Source of the DNA: Candidatus Spongiisociaceae bacterium
Lineage (GTDB): Bacteria > Actinomycetota > Acidimicrobiia > Spongiisociales > Spongiisociaceae
Length of the DNA: 64,000 nucleotides
NCBI GenBank assembly: GCA_965202665.1
Contig: OZ241841.1
Location: 2,704,542 to 2,768,541, forward strand
Direction: 5' to 3'
A program made the position numbers and the translations under genes. The notes under the pieces are model-generated. The model worked only from the letters and a program-made list of their open reading frames with translations. It searched no databases and was not told where the DNA came from. Positions 19,794 to 31,300 of this stretch are shown here, in pieces; within the stretch, counting starts at the first letter, position 1; every line of letters begins with the position of its first letter.

Positions 19794-21017
19794 TTAGCCG
19801 AAGGCCCCTTGGCGGCGGGCTTCGCTTATGCGCTCCGGGGGCCAGCCCAGTTCGGTAAAAACTTCCTCGGTGTGCTGGCCCGCTTCCGGGGCCGGGCCCT
19901 GCGGGGCGATGGGAACGCCGTCGATGCGGATCGGGGAGGCCACGGTGCGGAACTCCCCCGCCGTCGAATGCTCCAGCAACGGGAAAGAGCCCATCGCCTC
20001 CGCCTGCGGGTCGTCTGCCACTTCGGTGAGGCGGTTGGCCGGTCCCCACACCAACCCCGCCTCGTCCAAGATTTCCGCCCACTCCCCCAGGGTGCGGGAG
20101 GCGAAAGCCCCGTCCAACCGTTCCACTAGTTCTTCCATGTTGCGGTAGCGGGCGGAAGGGTCGGCGAACCGCTCGTCTTCGATCAACTCTTCCAGCCCCA
20201 AAGTGCGGCACAGGAGGGGCCACATCCGGCCGCCGGGCATGGTCAGGAACAGCCACCGGTCGTCGGCGGTGCGGTAGCGGTTGTTGAGGGCGGTGACCGC
20301 CCGGTTGCGGGCCCGCCGGGACGGTTGGCGGCCGTCGATCAGCACCGGGGCCAGTTCGGTGGCCATGGTCCACATCCCGGAGGCGTAGAGGCTGACCTCC
20401 GCCACCTGTCCCCTTCCCGTTTCCTCCGCTAAGCGCAGGGCTGCCAAAGTGGCGGCCACGGCCGCCATCCCGGTGTTGTGGTCGCCGGGTCCGGTGGGGG
20501 GCATGGGGGCGTCCGCTTCGGGGCCGGTCATGGCCTCGGTAAGGCCCGCCCGCCCGAAGAAGGCGGTTACGTCGTAACCGGGGCGGCCCGCCTCCGGCCC
20601 CGTCCGTCCGTAGCCGCTCACCAAAGTAACCACCAGCCGCGGGTTGGCCGACAGCAGACGTTGCGGAGCTATGCCGTATTTCTCCATCCGCTGCGGCAGC
20701 ATGTTGGTGAGAAAAACCTGGGCGGAGGCGGCCAACTCCAACAAGGCGGTTACGCCGTCCGGACGGCGGAAATCCAAGGTGACGGAACGTTTCCCCCGGT
20801 TGCTGACCGTGAACGGATAATCCACCGCCGCCCGGTCCCCTTCCGTCTTCGGCTGGCGGATCAAGCCCCGTACCGAATCCCCCTCCGGCGGCTCCACTTT
20901 GATCACGTCCGCCCCCAGGTCGGCCAGCACCGCCCCGGCCGAGGGGGCGGCGATCCAGTTGGCCGACTCGACTACCCGCACCCCGGCCAACGGCCCCGGC
21001 GTTTCCACTCCCGGCAT
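19794..21017 (-). CDS. CaiB/BaiF family III CoA-transferase
   Basis: GPLAGVRVVE, LADLGADVIKVEPPEGD, NRGKRS, GRPGYD, AGQHTEEV. Confidence 0.92.
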   Translation of the reverse strand: MPGVETPGPLAGVRVVESANWIAAPSAGAVLADLGADVIKVEPPEGDSVRGLIRQPKTEGDRAAVDYPFTVSNRGKRSVTLDFRRPDGVTALLELAASAQVFLTNMLPQRMEKYGIAPQRLLSANPRLVVTLVSGYGRTGPEAGRPGYDVTAFFGRAGLTEAMTGPEADAPMPPTGPGDHNTGMAAVAATLAALRLAEETGRGQVAEVSLYASGMWTMATELAPVLIDGRQPSRRARNRAVTALNNRYRTADDRWLFLTMPGGRMWPLLCRTLGLEELIEDERFADPSARYRNMEELVERLDGAFASRTLGEWAEILDEAGLVWGPANRLTEVADDPQAEAMGSFPLLEHSTAGEFRTVASPIRIDGVPIAPQGPAPEAGQHTEEVFTELGWPPERISEARRQGAFG

Positions 21018-21026
21018 CCCGGCCGG

Positions 21027-21914
21027 TCAGGTCACGGAAGCCTGGAAGATGGCCGCAATGGAATCATCCAACGTCCGGTCGAACTCGGAGTCGCTCTGCC
21101 GAACATGCAGGCCTTCCAACAGGGCCCGGCTGAAACTGGCCGACATCCCCGGCTGGCGGGCCAGGCGGGAGTTGGCCTCCGCCTGGCTGTAGCCGCCGGA
21201 CAGGGCCACCACCCGCGCCGTCCGCGGGTGGGCGATCAGTTCCGAATAGAAGCCGTCCTGGCTGGGGATGCTCAACTTGAACATCACCTGCTGGTTTTCG
21301 GCTAGGCCGTCCAAATGGTCGAAGACGGCCTCCAACAGCAAATATTCGGCTTGTTGCTTATGGGGGCTGTTGATGTTCACCTCCGGCTCCAAGATGGGGA
21401 GCAGGCCCGCCTCCAAGATGCGAAGCCCGATGAGGAACTGCTGGTCCACCACGGCTTTGATCCCGTCCGGGTCGGCCTCGTGCACCACCGACCGCATTTT
21501 GGTTCCGAACACGCCCTGCTCGCGGGCCGCCGCCAGCCTCTCGTCCAAGCCGGCGATGGGCGACATCAACTGCGCCCCCCGCGCCGGTTCCGCCAAGCCT
21601 TCGTCCGCTTTCAGGAAGGGGACCACCCCTTTCGCGTTCCACAGGTAATCGACCGCCCCCCGCCCTTCTATCTGACGGCCCAATGTGTCTTCAAACAGTA
21701 TGGCCCCGTTGAGGCGGGTTCCGTCGAAGGCCGGGCTGGTGATAATGCGAGTGCGCATTTCGTGGATGCGGTCGAACATTTCCGCCGGGTTGGAATAGGA
21801 TTCTTCGCCGAGGCCGTAACCGGCCAAAGCCCGGGGGCTGGAACCCCCGCTCTGGTCCAAGGCGGCGATGAAGCCTTGCCCCTCCCGCACCTTATGCAGT
21901 TGCTGTTCGTTCAT
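21027..21914 (-). CDS. fda: Fructose-bisphosphate aldolase class I
   Basis: GFIAALDQSGGS, GAILFE, FGTKMRSV, ILEPEV, ALSGGYS, ASFSRAL. Confidence 0.92.
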   Translation of the reverse strand: MNEQQLHKVREGQGFIAALDQSGGSSPRALAGYGLGEESYSNPAEMFDRIHEMRTRIITSPAFDGTRLNGAILFEDTLGRQIEGRGAVDYLWNAKGVVPFLKADEGLAEPARGAQLMSPIAGLDERLAAAREQGVFGTKMRSVVHEADPDGIKAVVDQQFLIGLRILEAGLLPILEPEVNINSPHKQQAEYLLLEAVFDHLDGLAENQQVMFKLSIPSQDGFYSELIAHPRTARVVALSGGYSQAEANSRLARQPGMSASFSRALLEGLHVRQSDSEFDRTLDDSIAAIFQASVT

Positions 21915-22040
21915 TTCCCTCGTTTCCCGAACGCCGAACGTCCGTCCCTAACGATACACTCCCCGCCGCCCTTCCCTATTCCATTACGGCGGCGGGCGCC
22001 GGCGTCCGGGCCGCGTGACCGGTTAATACAGGGCTGTGAT

Positions 22041-25000
22041 ATGATGCCCCCTATGCTCCTCACCTGGAGGAAAATCATAAAACGTTGCCTGGTAGTCATG
22101 CTGACGGTGAGTCTGATGGGGATCGCGGCGGCGGTTCCGGCGGGAGCGGAGTCCGGTGATACGGTCATTTCTTTGAGTTTCACCGACGCCGCGTTGTCGG
22201 TGGTCGCCGAAGTTTCCGAAGACGGGGGGCCCCGGACGGTGCGGGTGGCGGCATCGGTGGCATCGGCCCCTGATTCGGATGTGACGGTGACGGTGACGGT
22301 GGGAGATTCGGGAGGGACCGCCGTCGCCGGGAGTTGCGCGGGCGTCGGGGCTTCGCAGACGTGCTCCGGCGATTACCGGGCCGGTGTCTCGTCGGCGACG
22401 GTTACTATCGGAGCGGGGGCGACCAGCGGTTTCTCCGATGCCTTCGTCATCACCCCCCACCGCGACGAGATTACCGAAGACGACGAAACGATCCGATTCG
22501 CCGGTACCGTCGCCGTCTCCGGGTACAAAGTGAACTCGGCCGACCTGCGGATCGCCGACGCCGACCGGGGCATCATTCTTACTTTGTCCAATCCTGTTAT
22601 GACCGAGCGGGGAGACAGGGCGGGCGGAACGGCGGAGAATGTTTGCGACTGCCGACCGGCGGGGGCGCATCGGACGAAGTTGACGGCTGCCGTGAGCGGG
22701 GCCTCCTCCACCTACGGCTCCGATCTGCGGATGCTGGTGGCTTTCCAGGACGGAACCGCTACCCGGGGTTCCGGCGGTGATTGGCACACTGAGCACGGAG
22801 GAGACGCTCCGCAGGCCTACGTAACTATTCCGGCCGGCTCCGTTTCCGCGGACGCGGACCGTACCTTGGAATTTTTTTCCTGGGTGGACGATACGGCGGA
22901 ACTGGATGAAACCTTCTCGGTCACGGTTACCGCGTCCGATGGGAGTCCGTTGCCGGGGTTCACGGTGTCCCCGGTTGAGATGACCATTGTGGATGACGAT
23001 GCGCCGGTAACCCTGACCTTGAGTCGAACCTCGGTGGCGGAAGGACATGCCGGTTCTTTGACGATTACCGCCGAAATGCCCGGCGCCTCGCGTTCGGCTA
23101 TCGGTTCCGCTTTGAGCCTTGCGATTACGGCGCAGGCCGCTACGGGGGATTTCGGGGCTGATGCAGGCGATTATTCGTATTCGGATACTACCGTCGTCAT
23201 TCCCGCCCGCTCCACCGCCTCCTCCGCCGTCCCTTTGGGTTTGAGGATTATTGATGACACGGTGGTTGATGCGGGGAGCGGGTCGGGGAATGTGGAGCGG
23301 TTGTCCATCGGAGCGCTCCAGCCGGCGGGGCTGACTTCCGCTATCCAACCGGCCGCTTTGGAAATTACCGACAACGATGCGCGGGTGGCGCTGACCGCCG
23401 ATGCGGTTCCGGAGGGCGGGAGCGGTTCCGATGTGAACGTGTCGGCTTCTTTCCTCGATACGGTCACCGCCTCGCATCTAACCGCCGACACGGTAGTTAC
23501 GTTGGATGTGAAGGCCGCAACCCCGGCGGGGACCGGTCTGGTTGGGGCAACCGAATTTTCTTACTCCCCGACTGCGGCCAATACGGTGACCATTCCCGCC
23601 GGGGCGGTCGCCTCTTCCCTACCGGGGAAGTTGACCGGGCTGACCATAAACCAGGACGCCGTCGTGGAAGGGCCGGAAACGTTGCTGCTAGAGGGCGCCT
23701 CCCGATTCGAAAAAGCGACGGCGGAAGTGACGGTGCAAGACGACGATTCCGCCATTACCCTGTCGGCGGCGCCGGGGTCGGTGGTGGAAGGCGCATCCCC
23801 CCGGGAGGTAACCGTCACCGCCCGATTCGCCGGTTCCTCCTCCCTGCTTAAAACGTCCACCAACGTGGAGGCGACGATTACCGGCAGCAATGGAGCCGTT
23901 CGGGGCGCGGGGGGAGATTTCACCACCGATCAAGAAAACGGCTCTTTTACCATCACCATCCCAGCAGAGCAGACTAGCGGGACCCAGACCATCCGGCTCA
24001 CCGCACGCGACGACGGCGACTTCTCGGAAGGAGACGAGAAGGCGGCGGTGTCGGGGTCGGCTTTGGTGGGCGGGGCGGCGGCGGCGGTGACCGGAACGGA
24101 AATAACCATCCAAGACCCGATTCCGGTTACGCTCAGTTTCACCGACGGCTCCCCCTCCCCCGCCGCCATTACCTCCCTACGCGAGGAGGGCGGAACGCAA
24201 ACGGTGCGGGTAAAAGCCGCCGTAGATGCCGCCCCCGCCGCCGACTTGACGGTAAACATAACCACAGGAGGCGGTTCCGCGCTTCCCGGGGCAGACAACG
24301 ACTACGTCTCCTCAGCGAACTCGGCGCAGGTGATCATCAAAGCGGGCGAAACCAGCGGACTATCCCCCGCCCTCACCATCACCGTCGCCGACGACACCGC
24401 AACCGAAGGCGGCGAAACCATCCGCTTCACCGGAACCGTCGCCGAAGCCGGGTACGGAGTGCGCGGAGCCGACCTGACCATAACCGACAACGACGACAAT
24501 ATCGTCCTGTCAGTCAGCCCGGACACGATAGTGGAACGCTCCACGGCCAACCTGATAACAGTCACCGCTACCTTTGCCGGAGCCGCCTCCTCCGCCCTAG
24601 CCGCCGACACCGAAGTAACGGTAAGCGTGGCGGGCGCCGCCGGAGCGGAGGGGGCCGTTGCAGGACCCGGCGCTGACTTCACAACCGACCAGACAGGAGC
24701 TTTTACGGTCGTCATCCCGGCGGCGCAGATTAGCGGGACCCAGACCTTCCGGCTCACCGCCCGCGACGACCACGACGACGCAGAGGGAGACGAGAAGGCG
24801 GCGGTGTCGGGGTCGGCTTTGGTGGGCGGGGCGGCGGCGGCGGTGACCGGGACGGAGATAACCATCCAAGATCCGATTCCGGTTGTGCTCAGTTTCACCG
24901 ACGGCGCCCTCTCCCCCGCCGCCATTACCTCCCTACGCGAGGAGGGCGGGGCGCAAACGGTGCGGGTAAAAGCCGGAGTGGATGCCGCCCCCGCCGCCGA

Positions 25001-28000
25001 CCTGACGGTGAACGTAACCGCGGGCGCTACAGGGGGTTCCGCCCTCCCCGGGGTCGGCAACGATTATGTTTCCTCCGCCAGCTCGGCGCAGGTGATCATC
25101 AAAGCGGGCGAAACCAGCGGATTATCCCCCTCCCTAACCATCACCGTCGCCGACGACGCCGTAGCCGAAGGCGACGAATCCATACGCTTCACCGCAACCG
25201 CCTCTGCGGCCGGTGATCGAATATCTTCGGCCTACCTGACCATAGAAGACGACGATGACGATATTGTCCTGTCGGTCAACCCGGATACGGTAGTGGAACG
25301 CCCCTCGGCCAATCTGATATCGGTTACCGCCTCCTTCGCCACAGCCGCCTCCTCCGCCCTGACCGCCGACACCGACGTGACGGTGAGCGTGGCGGGCGGT
25401 TCCGGCGCTGACGGGGCCGCCATGGGAGCGAGCGGCGATTTCACCACCGATATAGACGGCGGCGCCTTCACGGTCACCATCCCGGGCGGACAGTTGAGCG
25501 GAACCGGGCTCTTCCGACTAACCGCCCCCCCGGACGACGACTCCGAAGGCGCCGAGAAGGCGGGCGTCTCCGGAGCGGCCGCCGTGGGCGGACGGGCGGT
25601 TGCGGTAACCGGCGACGAGGTGAGCATCGTTGATACCGGAGTCAAGCTGTCGGTGACCGACCCGTCCGACGGGTCGGCGGTAACAGCGGTGAACGAAGCG
25701 GCGGTGGCGGCTCGCACCGTTCGAGTGACCGCCGTTTTGCCATCGGGGACAACCGCGGGCGCAGGCGGAGTAACGGTTCCCTTTGATCTAGCGAGCGGCT
25801 CCGCCGTTTTGGACTCCGACGGATCCACCTTCGGAACAGGGGAAGATTTCCAAGTCATCTACCCAGGATCGGACCCGGTGGAAGACGACGGGTTCGCCTC
25901 CGGGATTGCCATCCCCTCCGGGAATTCATCCCATTACATGGACATAACGCTGGCGGTAAATGACGATGCGGTCGCCGAAGGAAGCGAAACCATTCTGCTA
26001 AGAGGAGGGGAAGTGACCCTTTCCGATACCGCATACGCGGTGGTGGGCAGCCAGCTGGAAATCATCGACAACGACGCGTCCCCGACGGTGATCAACCTCA
26101 CCTTGCTTTCCGCCTCCGACGCCGACCTAGCGGGAGTGGCGGAAGACAGCGGAACAACCAAAGTGCGGGTGCGCGCCTCTTTCGCCGGAGGCAAGTCGTT
26201 GCCCTGGGAGGTGACGGTTCCCATACAGGTAGGAGTAGAAGGCCGCGGCGGATTCTCCGCCGGATACAACCCTTGCAATCCGCCCCAGAATTTAATAGAG
26301 GTGAGCTTAGGCGGAAGCGGAACCCTGGCCATAACGGGCGACACCGCCTCCTCCGGAAGCGATTACACCGCGGTTACCGGGCTGTCGGTGACAATCCCAG
26401 CCTTCTCAACATCTGGGATCGCCGAGTTTGATTTGGCGGTGACGGACGATTCGCAACGCGAAGGGACAGAATCATTAACGGTGGACGGCGATCCCGAAGG
26501 GACGCTGAACCGGTTCACGGTCAACGACGACGCCTTGCTGATTTACGATGACGAGCAACCCCTTTCCGCAGTTGACATCACGTTGCTGGATTCCGCTGAT
26601 CGTCCCATATCGCAAGTGAGCGAGGGAAGCGCCGCTAGCGTGACCGTTCAACTTTCCTACCCGGGAGAGGTGACTTTGGACGAGGAACGCACCGTCTGGG
26701 TAGTGGTGGAGGAAGTGACCGCCAAGTACCGGGTGGATTACGACATATATTGCGTGATTAAGCGGGCACTCACCATCCCCGCCAATCAACAACGAGTGGA
26801 AGACTCCTTCGGTTTGATAACCAGCGGCGTCCCCTACGATGACAACGTGGTGGAGGGGGACGAAACTTTGCGGGTAACGGGGGAGCTGGCCGGATACGGC
26901 TTCACGCCGAGGATTTTGACCATCAAAGACGACGATGTGCGGCCCTCCCGGATTGAGCTGAATGTTTCCCCGGCGACCGTTGCCGAGAACGTAGGGGAAG
27001 AGGCGCAGTCGATGACGGTTACCGCCAAGTTCCCGGACAACTCCGCGGTCCTTACCTCCGACACCGTGGTGACGATCACGATAGGCGGCGACGCCCGCTC
27101 CGGGGAGGACTATAAGGACTTGTCGGTGGAAAGCCCCTTCTCCATTACCATCCCCGCCGGATCGCGGCAGGGGCAACAGAAGATGACGGTGGCGATCGTA
27201 GACGACGTCGTCTACGAAGAAGACAATAAACAGATAGCTTTCACCGGCTCCGCTAGCGGGTTCACAGTCGAGGGAGCGTCGCTGACCATAACAGACGACG
27301 ACCCCGCCCCTCCCAACGCACCGGACTACCCGCCGGGTACTAATCCGCCGGACGACCCCCCAGGCACCAATCCGCCGGACGACCCTGAGCCGCCGGAAAC
27401 CAACCCCCCGGACGAACCGCCGGGCGCTAATCCGCCGGACGACCCCCCAGACAGCAATCCCCCGGACGACCCTGAGCCGCCGGAAACCAACCCCCCGGAC
27501 GAACCGCCGGGCGCTAATCCGCCGGACGACCCCCCAGACAGCAATCCCCCGGACGACCCTGAGCCGCCGGAAACCAGCCCGCCGGTTGCCCCCGAGGAGC
27601 CAACCGTTAACAACCCGCCGCCGCCCGCCCCCCAGCCGCCCCGCCCCCCGCCCCCCGTCGTAGTTAACGACGGCGTCCCCGCTCCGCCGGCCCCGGCTCC
27701 TTTAATCCCGTCGCAACCGCCGTCGGAGCAGTCAGCCTGCCAGGGCCGGTTCTGCGACGAGGACGACAGCATCCACGCCGCGAACATCGAGCAGATCGCC
27801 GAATGGCGGATCACGCTGGGCTGCGACGCCGGCGATCCGACCATGTTTTGCCCTTCGGGCCTGATCACCCGCCGCCAGATGGCCGCCTTCCTTTACCGGG
27901 CCGCCTCATTACGGCCAAGCGCTCCGGCTTCGCAGGAAGTGACTATTACGGACGTGCCCGCCGACGCCTGGTACCGCCCCTTCGCCGACTGGGCGGTGTC

Positions 28001-28316
28001 GGTGGGATCGTTCACAGCCCCGCGCGGGGTGTTCGACCCGAACGGGGTGGTCACCAGGGCCGATATGGCGGTAATGATGACCGCCGCCTTCCCCCACATT
28101 GCGGAAAAAGAAGAACCGGACGGCCTGTTCGCTGATACGGACCACTTGGATCCGGCGACGGTGCGCGCCATCGAAGGAATGTACGAGGCGGGGGTTACCA
28201 GAGGATGCGCCGCCGCCCCGCTTAGCTACTGCCCCGACCAGCCGGTCACCCGCGCGCAGATGGCCTCCTTCTTCGTGCGCGCCATAAACCTCGCCCCGGC
28301 CGAGGCCGAACTCTAG
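22041..28316 (+). CDS. Giant secreted surface protein: Calx-beta/Ig-like repeats, Pro-rich stalk, C-terminal SLH-like anchor (~2090 aa)
   Basis: Signal peptide ending AVPAGA; many DDxxxEGDET/ITDND modules; NPPDDP repeats; FCPSGLITRRQMAAFL, VTRADMA, YCPDQPVTRAQMASFFVRA; start 22041-22098 uncertain. Confidence 0.82.
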   Translation: MMPPMLLTWRKIIKRCLVVMLTVSLMGIAAAVPAGAESGDTVISLSFTDAALSVVAEVSEDGGPRTVRVAASVASAPDSDVTVTVTVGDSGGTAVAGSCAGVGASQTCSGDYRAGVSSATVTIGAGATSGFSDAFVITPHRDEITEDDETIRFAGTVAVSGYKVNSADLRIADADRGIILTLSNPVMTERGDRAGGTAENVCDCRPAGAHRTKLTAAVSGASSTYGSDLRMLVAFQDGTATRGSGGDWHTEHGGDAPQAYVTIPAGSVSADADRTLEFFSWVDDTAELDETFSVTVTASDGSPLPGFTVSPVEMTIVDDDAPVTLTLSRTSVAEGHAGSLTITAEMPGASRSAIGSALSLAITAQAATGDFGADAGDYSYSDTTVVIPARSTASSAVPLGLRIIDDTVVDAGSGSGNVERLSIGALQPAGLTSAIQPAALEITDNDARVALTADAVPEGGSGSDVNVSASFLDTVTASHLTADTVVTLDVKAATPAGTGLVGATEFSYSPTAANTVTIPAGAVASSLPGKLTGLTINQDAVVEGPETLLLEGASRFEKATAEVTVQDDDSAITLSAAPGSVVEGASPREVTVTARFAGSSSLLKTSTNVEATITGSNGAVRGAGGDFTTDQENGSFTITIPAEQTSGTQTIRLTARDDGDFSEGDEKAAVSGSALVGGAAAAVTGTEITIQDPIPVTLSFTDGSPSPAAITSLREEGGTQTVRVKAAVDAAPAADLTVNITTGGGSALPGADNDYVSSANSAQVIIKAGETSGLSPALTITVADDTATEGGETIRFTGTVAEAGYGVRGADLTITDNDDNIVLSVSPDTIVERSTANLITVTATFAGAASSALAADTEVTVSVAGAAGAEGAVAGPGADFTTDQTGAFTVVIPAAQISGTQTFRLTARDDHDDAEGDEKAAVSGSALVGGAAAAVTGTEITIQDPIPVVLSFTDGALSPAAITSLREEGGAQTVRVKAGVDAAPAADLTVNVTAGATGGSALPGVGNDYVSSASSAQVIIKAGETSGLSPSLTITVADDAVAEGDESIRFTATASAAGDRISSAYLTIEDDDDDIVLSVNPDTVVERPSANLISVTASFATAASSALTADTDVTVSVAGGSGADGAAMGASGDFTTDIDGGAFTVTIPGGQLSGTGLFRLTAPPDDDSEGAEKAGVSGAAAVGGRAVAVTGDEVSIVDTGVKLSVTDPSDGSAVTAVNEAAVAARTVRVTAVLPSGTTAGAGGVTVPFDLASGSAVLDSDGSTFGTGEDFQVIYPGSDPVEDDGFASGIAIPSGNSSHYMDITLAVNDDAVAEGSETILLRGGEVTLSDTAYAVVGSQLEIIDNDASPTVINLTLLSASDADLAGVAEDSGTTKVRVRASFAGGKSLPWEVTVPIQVGVEGRGGFSAGYNPCNPPQNLIEVSLGGSGTLAITGDTASSGSDYTAVTGLSVTIPAFSTSGIAEFDLAVTDDSQREGTESLTVDGDPEGTLNRFTVNDDALLIYDDEQPLSAVDITLLDSADRPISQVSEGSAASVTVQLSYPGEVTLDEERTVWVVVEEVTAKYRVDYDIYCVIKRALTIPANQQRVEDSFGLITSGVPYDDNVVEGDETLRVTGELAGYGFTPRILTIKDDDVRPSRIELNVSPATVAENVGEEAQSMTVTAKFPDNSAVLTSDTVVTITIGGDARSGEDYKDLSVESPFSITIPAGSRQGQQKMTVAIVDDVVYEEDNKQIAFTGSASGFTVEGASLTITDDDPAPPNAPDYPPGTNPPDDPPGTNPPDDPEPPETNPPDEPPGANPPDDPPDSNPPDDPEPPETNPPDEPPGANPPDDPPDSNPPDDPEPPETSPPVAPEEPTVNNPPPPAPQPPRPPPPVVVNDGVPAPPAPAPLIPSQPPSEQSACQGRFCDEDDSIHAANIEQIAEWRITLGCDAGDPTMFCPSGLITRRQMAAFLYRAASLRPSAPASQEVTITDVPADAWYRPFADWAVSVGSFTAPRGVFDPNGVVTRADMAVMMTAAFPHIAEKEEPDGLFADTDHLDPATVRAIEGMYEAGVTRGCAAAPLSYCPDQPVTRAQMASFFVRAINLAPAEAEL
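23750..25630 (+). repeat. Internal tandem duplication (~756-bp / 252-aa unit, ~2.5 copies) in the giant surface protein
   Basis: Near-identical block GAGACGAGAAGGCGGCGGTGTCGGGGTCGGCTTTGGTGGGCGGG at 24031 and 24787; a third diverged partial copy follows; boundaries approximate. Confidence 0.8.
27342..27575 (+). repeat. 87-bp coding tandem repeat (~2.7 copies), Pro/Asp-rich linker
   Basis: Unit starts AATCCGCCGGACGACCCCCCAG at 27342, 27429 and 27516; encodes NPPDDPPDSNPPDDPEPPETNPPDEPPGA. Confidence 0.88.
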
Positions 28317-28329
28317 GATCGAAGACGCG

Positions 28330-31300
28330 TTAGCCGACCAGGTTGCCGAAGCGATGCAAGGTGCGGCTAACCGTCTGCTCTTTTAGGTAGTAGGCCAACT
28401 CCACCCGCCCGCTGGGGGTTACCGGCGCCTCGATTATGTGCACGTTCCCCTCCCGGCAGGCCCGTCGCAACTCCCCCTCCGGCTCCTCCCCCACCATCCG
28501 CACCCGTTCCGCCCCCAACCGGCCCACCCGGGCCGCAAACACCGACTGGCTTTCCTCCGACGCCCGGGAAACCGCGGTCGGCGTTCCGCACCGGCGGGCG
28601 GCGGCCAAAGTCCGTTCTATCTCTTCTTCCCGGCCCCCCTCCCCCACCCGCACCGCCGCCCCGTCCAACGGCCGGTAACGGAAAACGTTGGACTCGCAGA
28701 ACAGTCCGGACGGGTCGTGTTCCCGGCTGAAATGCTCCTCCCACCAGCGGGCGTCGGAAGCGGGGGCCGCCTCCCATCCCGCGCTCCCGTCCGGACGCCA
28801 CTCCCCCAGCTGGCGCACGTAGTTGGGCCCCCCCGCTTTGGCCCCCGGCCCCACATTGGAGAGTTTCCATCCCCCGAACGGCTGACGTTGCACGATGGCC
28901 CCGGTGATGCCCCGGTTCACGTAGGCGTTGCCCACCTGCGCCCTTTCCAGCCAAAAATCCGCTTCCTCCGGATCCAAAGTGTGGATTCCGCCGGTCAGTC
29001 CGTAGGAGACCGAATTCTGTATTTCCAAGGCGGCCTCCAAGTTCGGGGCGTACATCACCCCCAGCGCCGGGCCGAAGCATTCCGTCAGGTGAAACCAGGA
29101 ACCGGGGGCCACCCCCCAGCGAATCCCCGGCCGCCACAGCGACCCTTCGTCGTCGAGGCGTTGCGGGGCGACCAGCCATTCCTCCCCCGGCTCCAGCCGG
29201 GTCATAGCCTTTTCCAGTTTTCCCCCCACCGGGGCTATGACCGGGCCCATCACGGTGGCCGCCTCGGCGGCGGGCCCCACCGCCAAACTCAAGGCCGCGT
29301 CCCGCAGTTGGCGGCGGAACCGCTCCGACCGGTAAACGCCGCCCACGCACACCGCCAACGAAGCGGCGGAGCATTTCTGCCCGGAATGGCCGAAGGCGGA
29401 ATCCACCAGGTCGGCCACCGCTTGATCAAGGTCGGCGTGTTCAGTGACGACCATGCAGTTTTTACCGGAGGTTTCGGCGAACAGCCGCAATTCGGGCCGC
29501 CAGGAGGCGAACAGGCGGGCGGTTTCCTCCGAACCGGTCAGAATCAACCCGTCCGACTCCTCCACCAGGCGACGGGAGGCCCGCTCCCCCTCCTCCCCCC
29601 GGGGCAGGGTCAGGAAAGCCAAGGCGTCCCGGGGGACCCCCGCCTCCCAGGCGCATTCGGCCATAATCTCCGCGCAACGCCGGGTGCGGCGGGACGGTTT
29701 CAGCAGCACCCGCGCCCCGGCCGCCAAAGCGGCGGTGGTTCCGCCGGCGGGGATGGCCGCCGGGAAGTTCCAGGGAGGGACCACCGTTATCACCTCCAGC
29801 GGCTCAAAAGCCGCCCCGTCCTCCGGCCCCAGCTCCAGGGCGCGGTCCCCGTAGTAGCGGGCGAAGTCGATCGCCTCCGAAACCTCCGGGTCGGCTTCGG
29901 CGAAGGTTTTGCGTCCTTCGCCCACCATGGCCGAAATCAGGTCGCCCCGCCGCCGGGCCAGCAGGTCGGCCATCTCATGGAGGGTTTCCCGGCGGCGGGC
30001 GGGCGGCGTCCTCCCCCAGGAAGAGCGCCGGGCGGCGGCGGCGATGGCCCCCAGCTCCTCCGCCGACCCCACCGCCGGGGTGCGCACCGCCCCGCCGTCC
30101 CGGGTTCTGACCCTGTCCGCCCACTCCCGGTTGCCGGCCAAGGCGGGATCGGTGTCCGGTTCGTTTACGAAGGCGTCCCGGTTGCGGGCCTCGGCGGCCG
30201 GGGCGGGCCTTTCCCGCCAACGGCGGGGAGCTTCGGAAACCGCCTCCCGGTCCCGCACCGCCGCCCGGAAGGCTTCCGCCTGCCGGTGAAACTCCGCCGT
30301 GTCCGGGGCGATGTTGAACAAGGCCCGCAGGAAGTTCCCTTCCGTCGAGTTTTCCTCCAACCGCCGGAACAGATAGCTGATGGCCGTGTCGAAAGTTTCC
30401 CGGGCCACCACCGGCGTGTAGAGGAGCACCCCGCCCGACGCGGTCTCTTTCACCACCCGGGACAAAGCCGGGGCCATGCCCTGCAACATCTCAAAGTCCA
30501 CCCGGTCGGCCACCCCCCGTTCCCGGCTCAGCAGATGCGCCCAGGCCAGGTCGAAGAGGTTGTGGCTGCCTATTCCGATCCGCACCGCCCGCGTCCGCTC
30601 CGGACGCAATGCGTAGTCCACCAGCCGTTTGTAGTTGGCGTCCACCTCCGGTTTGGACGGATAGGGCGCCTGCTCCCATCCCCGCATTGCCGCCTCCACC
30701 CGTTCCATGGCCAGATTGGCCCCTTTCACCAGCCGGATCTTGATTTCCGCTCCCCCCGCTTCCCGCCGCCGCACGGCCCATTCGGTGAGCTCCCGCAGGG
30801 CGGCGGACGAGTCGGGCAGGTAGGCCTGCAACACGATGCCGGCGGTCGTACCCAGAAACTCCGGTTCGTCCAGCAACTCTTTGAAGGCGGAAATGGTCAA
30901 CTCCAGGTCGTGGTATTCCTCCATGTCCAGGTTGATGAAGGCGGGCGGACGGGAGGCGGCGGCCCGGCGGAGCAACAGGCGCATGCTCCCCAGTACGCGG
31001 GCCCGGCTTCCCTCCCAGTCCCAGTAGTTGAGCTGGGAGACCACCGCCGACGCCTTGACCGAAACGTAATCAACCTGCGGGAGGCCGATGAGCCGGACGG
31101 TTTCCTCCAAGCGCCGGTCCGCCTCCTCCTCTCCCAGCACCGCCTCCCCCAGCAGGTTGATGTTGCGGGCGAACCCGGCCTGGCCCGGAGCCGCCAAAGC
31201 CCGGCGCAGGGCGGCCGGTTCGGCCTCCGCCAGCAGATGCCCCACCAGCCTCCGCATCCGCCTCCGGGCCAACGGCATCACCGCCCAGGGAGCCAAAGGC

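Noticed and set aside
27342-27575. Regularly spaced repeats as a possible CRISPR array
   Set aside because: Units are contiguous, in frame and inside a CDS, with no unique spacers and no cas genes in the window
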